From Caldimicrobium thiodismutans (GTDB taxonomy: Bacteria > Desulfobacterota > Thermodesulfobacteria > Thermodesulfobacteriales > Thermodesulfobacteriaceae), in the NCBI RefSeq assembly GCF_001548275.1, contig NZ_AP014945.1, positions 900,001 through 932,000 on the forward strand: 32,000 nucleotides of DNA. Reading direction: 5' to 3'. Numbering within the stretch: the stretch's first letter is position 1; every line of letters starts with the position of its first letter. The position numbers were made by a program, and so were the translations under genes. Shown here piece after piece: positions 10,057-19,541 of the stretch. The notes beneath the pieces are model-generated. The model was not told the DNA's origin and searched no databases. It saw only the letters and a list, made by a program, of their open reading frames with translations.

Positions 10057-11426
10057 AACTTTTAGTATTTACTAAAAGAGAAGATTGCCAGATTTATATG
10101 TGTTTGGAGGAACTCTTTCCAAAAAGAAAGATTGAGTTTTATATTTTTAAAGACCTTGCTCCCAGAGAGCTAAAGACAATCTTGAACAGTCATGAGACCA
10201 ACTTGGTGGTCATTGACTACGAAAGTTATCAGGAGAGTGTGGAAGGGCTGATAAAAGAAATCAAGGCCTTAAATTCCAATGCGCATGTTTTAATTGCCAA
10301 TGGTCCAGAAAATGTGGAGCTTGCTATAAAATTACTTAAAGATGGAGCCTATCATTATTTAACTAAGGACTTAGATAAAGAGTGTATTTGCAAATTGATA
10401 GCTGAAATTGGGGGGGCAGAAAGAGATAATAAAGAAATATACCAGGATACGATAAATCGTTTTGTAGGAAAAAATATAAGTATTCAGAAAATAAAAAGTT
10501 TTTTACCCACTATTGCGGAAACCCATTGTAATGTCCTAATTGTTGGAGAGACAGGGACAGGCAAGGAGCTCCTTGCCCGAATTATTCATCAGCTTTCTCC
10601 CAGAAGAAAAGGTCCTTTTATTATTCTTGATTGCACAACCCTTCAGGAAACTATCTTTGAAAGTGAAGTATTTGGATATGAAAAAGGAGCCTTTACCGGA
10701 GCAGTTGGATCCAAAAAGGGTCTTGTTGAACTTGCCGATGGAGGAACCCTTTTTATTGATGAGATTGGGGAACTACCCTTGCCGCTCCAGAAAAAGTTTT
10801 TAAGATTTATTCAAGAAAAGACCTTTATGCGAGTGGGAGGAACCAAAATTTTAAAAGCAGATGTGCGAATAATTGCAGCTACTAATAGAGATTTAGAAGA
10901 GGAAGTGAGATCTGGTAATTTCCGATCTGACCTTTATTTTCGTCTAAATACCTTAATCCTGGAAATTCCTCCCCTCAGAGAGAGACCCGATGATATACCT
11001 CTCTTGGTTGAGCATTTTGTTAAAGTAAAAGCACATGAGCTTAATAGAGACTTTAAAGGTTTCTCTAAAGGTTTTATGGAATCTCTCCTCAAATATCAAT
11101 GGCCAGGTAATGTAAGAGAACTAATAAATATCATTGAGAGAGCCTTAATCCTTTCACCATCAGGATATTTAACAGAGGAGGTTTTGCCTGAAGGTATATT
11201 AAAAAGTCATGAGAAATCCATGCATTCAAGAGAATTGATGGATATTAATGAAGTGGTAAACTTAAAGGAATTTGAAAGGGAACTCGTATTACAAGCTTTA
11301 AAAAAATACAACTGGAATCAAACCAGAACAGCTGAACATCTGGGCATCTCAAGGAAACAGCTCATTAATAAGATGAAAAAATATGGCCTAATTAAAGAAA
11401 AAGATAAGAGTTGGCTTAAAGGTTGA
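10053..11426 (+). CDS. Sigma-54-dependent transcriptional activator (NtrC-family EBP: receiver + AAA+ + Fis-type HTH)
   Basis: Receiver-like N-terminus (LVVIDYES with candidate phospho-Asp, YLTKD Lys). Walker A GETGTGKE, the GAFTGA sigma-54 contact loop exactly, Walker [10 protein letters not shown], and RVGG/RIIAATN. The C-terminal HTH is [25 protein letters not shown]. The start ATG overlaps the dnaE stop (ATGA). Confidence 0.92.
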   Translation: MKLLVFTKREDCQIYMCLEELFPKRKIEFYIFKDLAPRELKTILNSHETNLVVIDYESYQESVEGLIKEIKALNSNAHVLIANGPENVELAIKLLKDGAYHYLTKDLDKECICKLIAEIGGAERDNKEIYQDTINRFVGKNISIQKIKSFLPTIAETHCNVLIVGETGTGKELLARIIHQLSPRRKGPFIILDCTTLQETIFESEVFGYEKGAFTGAVGSKKGLVELADGGTLFIDEIGELPLPLQKKFLRFIQEKTFMRVGGTKILKADVRIIAATNRDLEEEVRSGNFRSDLYFRLNTLILEIPPLRERPDDIPLLVEHFVKVKAHELNRDFKGFSKGFMESLLKYQWPGNVRELINIIERALILSPSGYLTEEVLPEGILKSHEKSMHSRELMDINEVVNLKEFERELVLQALKKYNWNQTRTAEHLGISRKQLINKMKKYGLIKEKDKSWLKG

Positions 11427-12833
11427 GAAGAAGAGATAAAAACTGAGCAACACCAAAATCAATAGCATAAATATTTCATACAAGTTAATTTTCCTATTGT
11501 TCAGATTTAATGAATCTTCCTTTAAAACAGATAACACCGGAGCTATCAATCTAAAGTAATAATAAAGAGAGAGAATGGAAGCTAAAAGGAAAACTAATGC
11601 AAGAAAATAGGCTCCCTCTTTAACAAGCTGAAGGAGTAAGAAAAGTTTGGTTATAAAGCCAGCACTTGGTGGAAGGCCAGCAAGTGAAAATAGGAGAATC
11701 AGAAAACTCAAAAGAAGGGGAAAACTGACATCTTTTAATCTGTTCCCAAGGCTATCAATAGGGATTTTTATCTCTTTATGATCAACAATAAGAAAGAATC
11801 CAAGAATAATTCCTAAATTGGTTAAAGAATAAATAAAGAGATAGCCATAAAAGAGCTTAAAATTTGTATCAGCCAAGGGTATAGCAAAGAGAGTTAATAA
11901 ATAGCCCATGTGAGAAATGGATGAATAGGCCAGTAATCTTTTAACCTCCTTTTGTTTTAAGGCCAGAAGATTTCCAAGTATCATGGATAAAAGGGAAATT
12001 ATATAAAAAAGGCTTTTAAAAGTTGAAAAAGTTGGGAGGGAAAAAAACCCCGTCTTAAATAAGACCAAGAAAAGATTGCTCAAAAAAAGGGCAAAACCAA
12101 GTTTAGAAAAAACTGCAAGCAGGGGAAAAACTGGGAGGGGACTTCCCTGGTATATCTCTGGAAGCCAAAAATGAAAGGGAGATGCCCCAAGCTTAAAAGC
12201 AAGGGAAGAAAAAATTAGGATAAGGCCTAAAAGAAAATAAATCGTCCTGTTAAGCTGGGTTAATTTACTTAGGGTTTGAAAGAGATTTATCTCAAGAGTA
12301 GCATAGTAAATCAAAAAAAGCCCTGTAAAGAAAAAGATAGAAGAGAGCGTTCCAAGAAAGAAATATTTAAGGCCTGCTTCAATTGAAAGAAGCTCCCTCT
12401 TATAAAAGCTGATCAAAAGATAAAAACTAAAGGAAATAGCCTCCATCAATATAAAGGCCATCAAGAGATTTTGAGAAGAGGCTATGAGAGATAAAAAAGC
12501 AAAGGAGGTCCCAAGAAAAAAGGAATATTCGTTAAGATACCGCTCTTTAAGGAAAAAATTATAAAGAGAGAAATAAAGAACTACACCAAGGCCTAAAAAA
12601 ACTATCCGAAAGAGAAAATGGGCTTTTGTGCTCAACAGATGAGAGGAAAGATCAGTTTTCAAAACTTCTATAGAAAAGGAATTAAGAAGTAAAAAGAAAG
12701 CCAAAATGAAGACAAAGAGAAAGCCCAAATATCTATAAAGATTTTTTTTGATCAAAAGGGAATTTAGAATTAGTATACCAAGAGAAGCACAAGCTAAAAA
12801 AATTTCTGGCAAATAACTTCTCCAAACTTCCAT
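11388..12833 (-). CDS. nuoN: Complex I-like antiporter-like subunit N
   Basis: 481-aa polytopic membrane protein and the last gene of the block. It has the LAYSSISHMGYLL signature typical of NuoN/ND2 and the N-terminal pattern of NuoN. Assigning N versus M rests on position and motif only. Confidence 0.75.
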   Translation of the reverse strand: MEVWRSYLPEIFLACASLGILILNSLLIKKNLYRYLGFLFVFILAFFLLLNSFSIEVLKTDLSSHLLSTKAHFLFRIVFLGLGVVLYFSLYNFFLKERYLNEYSFFLGTSFAFLSLIASSQNLLMAFILMEAISFSFYLLISFYKRELLSIEAGLKYFFLGTLSSIFFFTGLFLIYYATLEINLFQTLSKLTQLNRTIYFLLGLILIFSSLAFKLGASPFHFWLPEIYQGSPLPVFPLLAVFSKLGFALFLSNLFLVLFKTGFFSLPTFSTFKSLFYIISLLSMILGNLLALKQKEVKRLLAYSSISHMGYLLTLFAIPLADTNFKLFYGYLFIYSLTNLGIILGFFLIVDHKEIKIPIDSLGNRLKDVSFPLLLSFLILLFSLAGLPPSAGFITKLFLLLQLVKEGAYFLALVFLLASILSLYYYFRLIAPVLSVLKEDSLNLNNRKINLYEIFMLLILVLLSFYLFFSTFKPTLIFFFN

Positions 12834-14216
12834 TTACACACCTCCCCCTTGGAGAAACTTTATGAGCCAGGAAAGATAGAAAGTTAAGAAAATCACAATA
12901 AGAAAAATTAGAACACTGAAAAAGGTGTAGGAAGGAGAAAGATCTTTTAATGTTTTACTTCCAGGACCTTCTTTTTTTATAAAAATTAACCTGTAAAAAA
13001 CAATAGCTTTATATATTAAATTTACCGCTATTCCAAGGCTTAATAGAAAACCAAAAAGCAGGGAAAATTTGAATACAAAGCTTAACATGGCAAATTCAAG
13101 ATAAAAATATCCAAAAAGGGGGAACCCAGAAAGAACGAGAAGAAAGGTAGTAAAAAAGAAGGTAAAAATTGGCTTAGTAAGAGTAAGAGCTCCATACTCA
13201 TCAATAAAGAGATTACCTGAGGTCCTCTCCATATGATAAACATAGATAAAGAGGGCAAAGGCAAGAAATCCATGAAAAAGACCAAAGGGAACAATAAGAA
13301 AAGGAGAAACATAAGGAAGCATAGCTAAAGATCCTGCAAGCATAACATTAAGATGGCTCATACTCATATAAGTGAAAATCTTTTTAATATCTCTATTTGA
13401 CCAAGCAATATAACCCGCATAAAGTGCTGAAAAGATAGTTAAAAAAAGAAAGATCTCTAAAGATAGAGAAGCCTTTTGGTAAAATCTGTAAAATCCATAA
13501 AGAGCATACTTACTCAAAATACCTGAAAAAATTGCCGTAACAGGGCTTGGAAGATTATAGTAAGTATTCAGAAGCCACCCATGAAGGGGAAAGACAGGAG
13601 TTTTTACCATGATGCCTATGTAGAGAAGACTCGCTATCCATTTGGCCTCATAAAGACCACCAAGCTTAAATTCAAAGGATTGGTTGTATTTGTAAAGAAA
13701 AAGTATTCCCAGTAATAAAAAGATACTAAAACCAAAATTATAAATCAAAAATTCCAGAGCTATTCTTTTTGGGCTTTCTTTGGAAAAATACCAGAGAAGT
13801 AAAGTTGCAGGAATTAACATGGCCTCCCAGAAGATAAAAAAGGTTAAAGTATCTCCAGAAAGAAAAAAAAGATTATTTACACAGAAAAGCATAAGCATAA
13901 GTCCATTAAAAAGATGGCCCTTAAACTCAGATTGCACAAAAAAATATAAAAAAAGATAAAGAAGTAAATTTAGCCAGAGAAAAACTAAGGAGGCCTGATC
14001 AAGTCGGAATTTAAGAAGAAAGCCAAAATCTTTAAAATAAATATATTCTAAAAAAGTGCCCCTCAGGGCAGAGAGGATGTCAGGGATTATCAAAAGAGTC
14101 ATAAAAACTATAAAAATCCTTGTAAACCAGAGGTAATCCCTTTCCTTATCTTTCAGGATGAAGAAAGAAAAAAGAAATCCCAAGAGAGATAAAAGAATAA
14201 ACTCTTTAAACATCAT
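12834..14216 (-). CDS. nuoM: Complex I-like antiporter-like subunit M
   Basis: 460-aa polytopic membrane protein of the NuoL/M/N-MrpA/D superfamily (FWEAMLIP, HGWL, YMSMSHLN). It directly abuts nuoN. Divergent, and very F/L-rich. Confidence 0.7.
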   Translation of the reverse strand: MMFKEFILLSLLGFLFSFFILKDKERDYLWFTRIFIVFMTLLIIPDILSALRGTFLEYIYFKDFGFLLKFRLDQASLVFLWLNLLLYLFLYFFVQSEFKGHLFNGLMLMLFCVNNLFFLSGDTLTFFIFWEAMLIPATLLLWYFSKESPKRIALEFLIYNFGFSIFLLLGILFLYKYNQSFEFKLGGLYEAKWIASLLYIGIMVKTPVFPLHGWLLNTYYNLPSPVTAIFSGILSKYALYGFYRFYQKASLSLEIFLFLTIFSALYAGYIAWSNRDIKKIFTYMSMSHLNVMLAGSLAMLPYVSPFLIVPFGLFHGFLAFALFIYVYHMERTSGNLFIDEYGALTLTKPIFTFFFTTFLLVLSGFPLFGYFYLEFAMLSFVFKFSLLFGFLLSLGIAVNLIYKAIVFYRLIFIKKEGPGSKTLKDLSPSYTFFSVLIFLIVIFLTFYLSWLIKFLQGGGV

Positions 14217-14228
14217 AGCCCATACCCC

Positions 14229-15989
14229 TCAAGAACTAATTAGGCCTAAAAGATAAAAGAAAATAATGGCTAAAACAAAGATCTGGATATACTTAATAAG
14301 GTTTCCATCAAAGATACGGGCCTTTTTTTGGGAAAAGATATAAATACTTTCTGGAAGAGAGCGATTTAGACTAAAAAGAAGCCCGTCATTAAAGGCACAT
14401 AAAAGATTCCTTATGGCAACCAAAAACCTATCCACAAGAGGCTTATAAAATTCTCCTACATATTTATATTCTATGGGTTCTAAAATTCTATGCAGGCCTC
14501 TGTAAATCTGCTTCCCAAGGGTTATGTAAAACCAATCCGTATCAAGATTAATCTTTGGTTTGGGAGCAATATATGAGCGAACAGCAAAAAATACCAGTGC
14601 CACACAGGAAAAGAGAGAAATTACTCCTATGGTATGTTGATAGGTATAGGGCTCATAATGAATTGGATAGGGTAAAAACTGATAGTAAATTCCAGGGAAA
14701 ATCCCAATAAGAATACATAAAAGAGAGGCAATAATCATGGCAAGATGCATATTCCAGGGAAGGGGCTTTATTTCATAAGATCCTTCTTTTCCGAAAAAGA
14801 TATAATAACCCATTTTAAGGACAATGCTGAAGAAGGTTCCTATGGAGGCAAGTTCCATAAGGATATATTCAAAGGGGCGATGAATAAGGGTGGAAGCGTA
14901 AATGGTAATACCCTTTGAGACAAAACCACTGGTTAGGGGAACTCCTGAGATAGAAAGGGCACCTACAAAGAAGTAGAGCGCTATCCAGGGATTCTTCTTA
15001 GCAAAGCCACCAAGGAGATGGATTCTCTCAAGGCCAGTTGCAAAAATGACTGCACCTGCAGACATAAAAAGAAGGCCTTTATATATAATGTGGGCAAAGG
15101 CATGGGCTGAGGCCCCATTTAATGCCAAAGTGCTTCCAAGCCCTGCTCCGCACACCATAAAACCAACCTGACTGATAATATGATAGGAAAGAAGCCTTCT
15201 TGGATTATTTTCAAGGGTTGCGTAAACAACTCCATAAAAAGCCATAATGGCTCCAGCAATAGCCAATATATATTCCCCTGGAAACACCCTTACCAGTGCA
15301 TAAACCGCACTCTTGGTGGTAAAGGCACTAAGAAAGACAGAACCATAAATAGTTGAATTGGGATAGGCATCAGGAAGCCAGGCATTTAAAGGTGGAACCG
15401 CAGCATTAATCACAAAGGCAAAAAGAATTAAAAAATAGGGTAAAGAATAACTTAGAGAACGGAGATTCTCTACAGTAGTTATTCCTTGGTAATACCAGAG
15501 AAATAATATTCCAAGAAGCAAAGACAAACCACTTACCGCATGAACAAGTATATATCTTATAGAGGAAAAATAGGCTTCACGGGTTCTTGCAGAAATAACA
15601 AGAAGAACAGCAAAAACTGCAAGCCCTTCCCAGAAAAGATAATAAGATAACCAATCATAGGCAAAGGCAACTCCTACAGCACAGGCCATGTAAAGAAGAC
15701 CTGCACTTATCTGCAGACGATCTTCCACATGTAAGGCATACAGCAGCCCTATAAAACCAATGAGACTGAATACATAAGCAAAAAAAAGTGAAAGTTTATC
15801 AACTTTTATAAGAAATTCATAATCAAGGATTTTGAAGCCACCATAAATTCCTGGATCAAGCTGGGTAATTATAAAGAAGGTTAAAAGGGCAGTGAAAAGG
15901 GCAAGATAATTCAGACTCTTCCGATAAAAAAAGTAAATAAAAGGGCCAATCAAAAGGGCCAAAAGATTAGGAGGTATAATATCTATCAT
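14229..15989 (-). CDS. Complex I-like subunit L-type antiporter-like protein with C-terminal lateral-helix-like extension
   Basis: Superfamily motifs are present (FWEGLAV, NAWLPDAYP, SYHIISQVGFM). After the antiporter core there is a roughly 110-aa tail: a long charged/amphipathic stretch (DWFYITLGKQIYRGLHRILEPIEYKYVGEFYKPLVDRFLVAIRNLL...) ending in a final TM (IQIFVLAIIFFYLLGLISS). This is the NuoL/MrpA layout. I place the start at the ATG at 15989 (MIDIIPP...), preceded by AAGAAGGAGGAAGACT. The track ORF extends to 16025. Confidence 0.7.
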   Translation of the reverse strand: MIDIIPPNLLALLIGPFIYFFYRKSLNYLALFTALLTFFIITQLDPGIYGGFKILDYEFLIKVDKLSLFFAYVFSLIGFIGLLYALHVEDRLQISAGLLYMACAVGVAFAYDWLSYYLFWEGLAVFAVLLVISARTREAYFSSIRYILVHAVSGLSLLLGILFLWYYQGITTVENLRSLSYSLPYFLILFAFVINAAVPPLNAWLPDAYPNSTIYGSVFLSAFTTKSAVYALVRVFPGEYILAIAGAIMAFYGVVYATLENNPRRLLSYHIISQVGFMVCGAGLGSTLALNGASAHAFAHIIYKGLLFMSAGAVIFATGLERIHLLGGFAKKNPWIALYFFVGALSISGVPLTSGFVSKGITIYASTLIHRPFEYILMELASIGTFFSIVLKMGYYIFFGKEGSYEIKPLPWNMHLAMIIASLLCILIGIFPGIYYQFLPYPIHYEPYTYQHTIGVISLFSCVALVFFAVRSYIAPKPKINLDTDWFYITLGKQIYRGLHRILEPIEYKYVGEFYKPLVDRFLVAIRNLLCAFNDGLLFSLNRSLPESIYIFSQKKARIFDGNLIKYIQIFVLAIIFFYLLGLISS

Positions 15990-16224
15990 AGTCTTCCTCC
16001 TTCTTTGAAACCAGAAGCCCAACAATCTTTACCACTATAAAGAGAAAAAGCGCCCCAAGGATTCCAAAAATTCCCTCAAAAAAGGGAATTTTTTCAAAGG
16101 CAAAATGCTTTTCTTCGTGAAAATAAAATTCTCCCACCATTGAAAGCAAAAAGGCTATAACTACCACTATTAGAGCCTTGAGAAAATTAGGTTTGTCAAT
16201 TTTACCCCACATAGAGCACCTCAA
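15967..16224 (-). CDS. Small two-TM membrane protein, unknown function, embedded between two antiporter-like subunits
   Basis: 85-aa ORF (alternative ATG at 16212) with two hydrophobic helices (ALIVVVIAFLLSMVG and IFGILGALFLFIVVKIVGLLV) and a charged tail. It overlaps both neighbours, consistent with translational coupling. No family recognised. Confidence 0.5.
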   Translation of the reverse strand: MRCSMWGKIDKPNFLKALIVVVIAFLLSMVGEFYFHEEKHFAFEKIPFFEGIFGILGALFLFIVVKIVGLLVSKKEEDYDRYYTS

Positions 16225-17704
16225 TGAGTTTTAGAAGTTGATAGAGCACATCAATTTTTAACGCAAGAATTAGGGTTAAAAGGGCTGTTATAAAAAGGGG
16301 AATGGCACAGAAGTAATTTTCAACCACTTTTTCATAGGGAGTGTAATGGTGGATATCCTTAGGTTGATAGGGTTCTTTAAGAAGAGCCCTGAAAACAATA
16401 GGAAGAAAATAGGCCGCATTTAAAAAGGAACTTAAAAGAAACACCAAAGCCCCAAGAAAAAGACCTGCTTCAAGAGATCCAGAAATAAGGTAAAATTTAC
16501 TCCAGAATCCTATAAATCCAGGAACCCCAACTATACTCAGACTGGCAAGGAAAAAGGCAGTAAAAGTAAGGGGCATCTTCCTTGCAAGACCATTCAATTG
16601 AGGAATCTCAGTGTAATGGGTTGAGACATAGACCGAGCCTGCTGAGAAAAAGAGAGTTATTTTTGAAAAGGCATGGGCAGTAATATGAAGGATACCTCCT
16701 ATTACAGATAAAGGATGAAAAAGGGCTGTTCCAAAAACAATATAGGAAAGCTGGCTTACTGTTGAAAAGGCAAGCCTTGCTTTAAAGTTCTGGCGAGTTA
16801 AGGCAATGGCTGAAGCAATAAGTATGGTAGCAGCGGTAATAAAAAGAATAAATTCCTGTAATCCAAGAGCAAGGATACCCTCCTTTCCAAAGATATTTAA
16901 GAGAACCCTCACATTGGAAAAGGCTCCTGTTTTTACTACGGCAACAGCATGAAGAAGGGCTGAAACAGGAGTTGGAGCAACCATGGCAGAAGGAAGCCAG
17001 CTGTGAAGGGGCATAATAGCACACTTGTTATAGCCATAAAGAAATAAAATAAGAGCTATCTGTAAAGCAAGTTTATGCCCTGTTAACATCTCCTGAGTAA
17101 AGATTCCCTTTTCTGCGTAATCAAGGGTTCCGGAGACATAATAAGTTATTGCCATAGCTGGAATTAAGAAAAGTTTTGCAGTTCCAAGAAGGTAAATTAC
17201 ATATTTTCTTGCTCCCTCAAGGGACTCTTCATCTTCCTTATGTGCCACAAGGGGATAGGTGATAATAGACATAAGCTCATAAAAGAGGAAAAGGGTGAGA
17301 AGATTTCCGGAAAAGGCAACTCCCATGGTGGCTGTAAGGGAAAGGGCAAAGGCTACAAAATAACGGGTCTGCCTTATAGCATGAGTTCCTCTCATATAAC
17401 CTATGGAATAAAAAGTAGTTAAAATCCAAAGAAAGGAGGCCCCAAGAGCAAAAAGGACTCCTAAGGGATCAATAAGAAGTTTTATGGAGATACCCTCATA
17501 GATTTTAAGAATTTCAATGGTATAACTTTTCTTTTCAAGAACAATGGGGACAAGGGCAAGCACAAATAAAAATTTCAAAATCCCTGCAATAACAGAGACT
17601 GCCTCTCTATGATTAGGTCTTTTTTCTCCAAAATAAATGATTAAGGGAACTGCAAGGGCTGAAACAAGAATGGCTCCAATAGGAAAAAAAACCTCACTCT
17701 TCAT
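16202..17704 (-). CDS. Additional antiporter-like subunit (MrpD/NuoM-like) without a lateral-helix tail
   Basis: 500 aa with LFLFYELMSI, HSWLPSAMVAPTPVSALLHA and LAFSTVSQLSYIVF, the core motifs of the NuoL/M/N-MrpA/D superfamily. It sits between nuoK and the L-type gene and overlaps the nuoK 3' end by 11 nt. Confidence 0.75.
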   Translation of the reverse strand: MKSEVFFPIGAILVSALAVPLIIYFGEKRPNHREAVSVIAGILKFLFVLALVPIVLEKKSYTIEILKIYEGISIKLLIDPLGVLFALGASFLWILTTFYSIGYMRGTHAIRQTRYFVAFALSLTATMGVAFSGNLLTLFLFYELMSIITYPLVAHKEDEESLEGARKYVIYLLGTAKLFLIPAMAITYYVSGTLDYAEKGIFTQEMLTGHKLALQIALILFLYGYNKCAIMPLHSWLPSAMVAPTPVSALLHAVAVVKTGAFSNVRVLLNIFGKEGILALGLQEFILFITAATILIASAIALTRQNFKARLAFSTVSQLSYIVFGTALFHPLSVIGGILHITAHAFSKITLFFSAGSVYVSTHYTEIPQLNGLARKMPLTFTAFFLASLSIVGVPGFIGFWSKFYLISGSLEAGLFLGALVFLLSSFLNAAYFLPIVFRALLKEPYQPKDIHHYTPYEKVVENYFCAIPLFITALLTLILALKIDVLYQLLKLIEVLYVG

Positions 17705-18026
17705 CCTTTTCCCCTAATAGCGTTAATTTTTCCATAGAGAGAGTCTTTGTAAGCCGATAATAATTGACCACAAGAATTAAACCTATGGCAAAAGAACCTG
17801 CTGCAATGGCAAGGGTTAAAAGAACAATCATTTTTCCCTTTGGATCTCCGAAATAATGACTTGCTGTAACAAAAAGAAGGTTTATTCCATTAAATACTAC
17901 TTCAAGGGCAAGAATGGCAACAAGTAAATTTCTTTTGAGAATAAATAACCCTATTCCAAGAAAAATAAGAAGTCCTGAAATTACATAAAAGGGATATTCT
18001 GAGGCAAAGACTCTAAGAATCTCCAC
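17694..18026 (-). CDS. nuoK: Complex I-like subunit K
   Basis: Three-TM small protein with LALEVVFNGINLLFV and the AIAAGSFAIGLILVV pattern typical of NuoK/ND4L. I favour the GTG at 18026, preceded by AAGGAGGAAGAAA. The track ORF starts at 18062. Confidence 0.85.
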   Translation of the reverse strand: MEILRVFASEYPFYVISGLLIFLGIGLFILKRNLLVAILALEVVFNGINLLFVTASHYFGDPKGKMIVLLTLAIAAGSFAIGLILVVNYYRLTKTLSMEKLTLLGEKDEE

Positions 18027-18525
18027 TTTCTTCCTCCTTTTTAAAAAAGACATAAAGGGCAACCATGGGAAAACTTAAAATAAAGGCAAGAAGAAAAATC
18101 GCCATCCAATACTCATTAAAGAGAAGAACACTCATTTCCTTCAAATCAAAATAAATTTTGAGAGGAGAATAACTTTCTGGAATTCCCTTTACCAGAACCA
18201 AAAAGAGCAAACAAATAAAAATAGCTATGGGCAAAAAGGAAGTGTATTTTATCCTTTTAAAATCCCCTTTAAGGTCTTTTAATTCCTCTTCAGGGAAAAG
18301 AAAGAGAGTAAAAAGAAACATAACAAGAATTGCCCCTGCATAAACTATCACCTGAATAGCTGCCAGAAATTCAGCATTGAGATAAAGATAAAGAACTCCA
18401 TGAAGAACCATAAGAACAAGGATACACAAAAACTGATACACAAGATGTCTGAAAAAAAAGGTAAAAAAAGTAAAAATAAAGAAAAGACCTGTTAAGATTA
18501 AAAGAGCAATTCCTCTTTCTATCAT
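18013..18525 (-). CDS. nuoJ: Complex I-like subunit J
   Basis: FLAAIQVIVYAGAILVMFLF is the NuoJ/ND6 signature. The ATG at 18525 overlaps the nuoH stop as ATGA. The track ORF uses an upstream GTG at 18540. Confidence 0.8.
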   Translation of the reverse strand: MIERGIALLILTGLFFIFTFFTFFFRHLVYQFLCILVLMVLHGVLYLYLNAEFLAAIQVIVYAGAILVMFLFTLFLFPEEELKDLKGDFKRIKYTSFLPIAIFICLLFLVLVKGIPESYSPLKIYFDLKEMSVLLFNEYWMAIFLLAFILSFPMVALYVFFKKEEESGDS

Positions 18526-19541
18526 CTTAGCATACCCCACTTAAGTATGGCTATCCAGATAAAATTTATCAGGGAAAGAGGTATTAAAACTTTCCAGCTC
18601 ATATTCATAAGCTGGTCAAATCGATATCTGGGAAAAGTAGCCCTAACCCATATATAAAGGAAAATAATGAAATAGACCTTTACAATCAGAATAAGTATTG
18701 GCGGGATACCCTTTAAAAAGGGAAGAAGCCCTGTTAACCAGAAAGGAAGGGTCCACCCACCCAAATAACAAAGACTTATTAAAAGGGCCATAACATACAT
18801 AGAGATGTATTCCCCAAGAAAAAAGATTCCCATTCTAAAACCCGAATATTCTGTGATATATCCAGCAACAAGCTCACTTTCTGCCTCAGGAAGATCAAAG
18901 GGGGCTCTATTGGTTTCAGCAAAAGCACAAATTAGAAACACTATAAAACCGAGAAGCTGGGGAATAGCATTCATTCCAAAAAGGGAACTGGCCTGAGATG
19001 CTACAATGTCCTGAAGTTTAAAAGATTCTGCATAGAGAATAACCCCTGCAAGACTTAAACCCAGAGGTATTTCATAACTTAAAATCTGGGCTGCAGATCG
19101 TAAGCCTCCAAGAAGGGAATATCTTGAACCTGAGGAGTATCCTGCAAGGATTATTCCATAAGTCCCAAGGCCAGCAAAGGCAAGAATTACAAGCACACCT
19201 AAATTTACATCCGCAATATAAAAGGAAGGATGAAAGGGAATAACACTTAAATTGGTAATGGCAAAAATAAGAACCAAAAGGGGAGCCACCTGAAAGATAA
19301 CTCTATGTGCTTCCCGAGGAATAATATCTTCTTTAAAGAGAAGTTTCACAAGATCCGCTATGGGCTGCAAAAGTCCATAGGGACCTACTTCCGTAGGTCC
19401 AAGACGAGCCTGCATCCTACCTATTATCTTTCTCTCAGCATAAACAGTGTAAGCTGCATGAAGCAAGACTATCCCTAAGACTACTGCGATCTTCACCAGA
19501 GTGATCAAAAGGGTCCAAAAAAGCCCCTCATTTAATCCCAT
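18522..19541 (-). CDS. nuoH: Complex I-like subunit H
   Basis: AERKIIGRMQARLGPTEVGPYGLLQPIADLVKLLFKEDIIP, AETNRAPFDLPEAESELVAGY and EYSG are the canonical NuoH/ND1 motifs. Confidence 0.95.
   Translation of the reverse strand: MGLNEGLFWTLLITLVKIAVVLGIVLLHAAYTVYAERKIIGRMQARLGPTEVGPYGLLQPIADLVKLLFKEDIIPREAHRVIFQVAPLLVLIFAITNLSVIPFHPSFYIADVNLGVLVILAFAGLGTYGIILAGYSSGSRYSLLGGLRSAAQILSYEIPLGLSLAGVILYAESFKLQDIVASQASSLFGMNAIPQLLGFIVFLICAFAETNRAPFDLPEAESELVAGYITEYSGFRMGIFFLGEYISMYVMALLISLCYLGGWTLPFWLTGLLPFLKGIPPILILIVKVYFIIFLYIWVRATFPRYRFDQLMNMSWKVLIPLSLINFIWIAILKWGMLR

Noticed and set aside
10540-10803. Plus-strand ORF in an alternative frame of the EBP gene
   Set aside because: It is entirely nested in the AAA+ domain coding region, whose own frame carries the Walker A/B and GAFTGA motifs.
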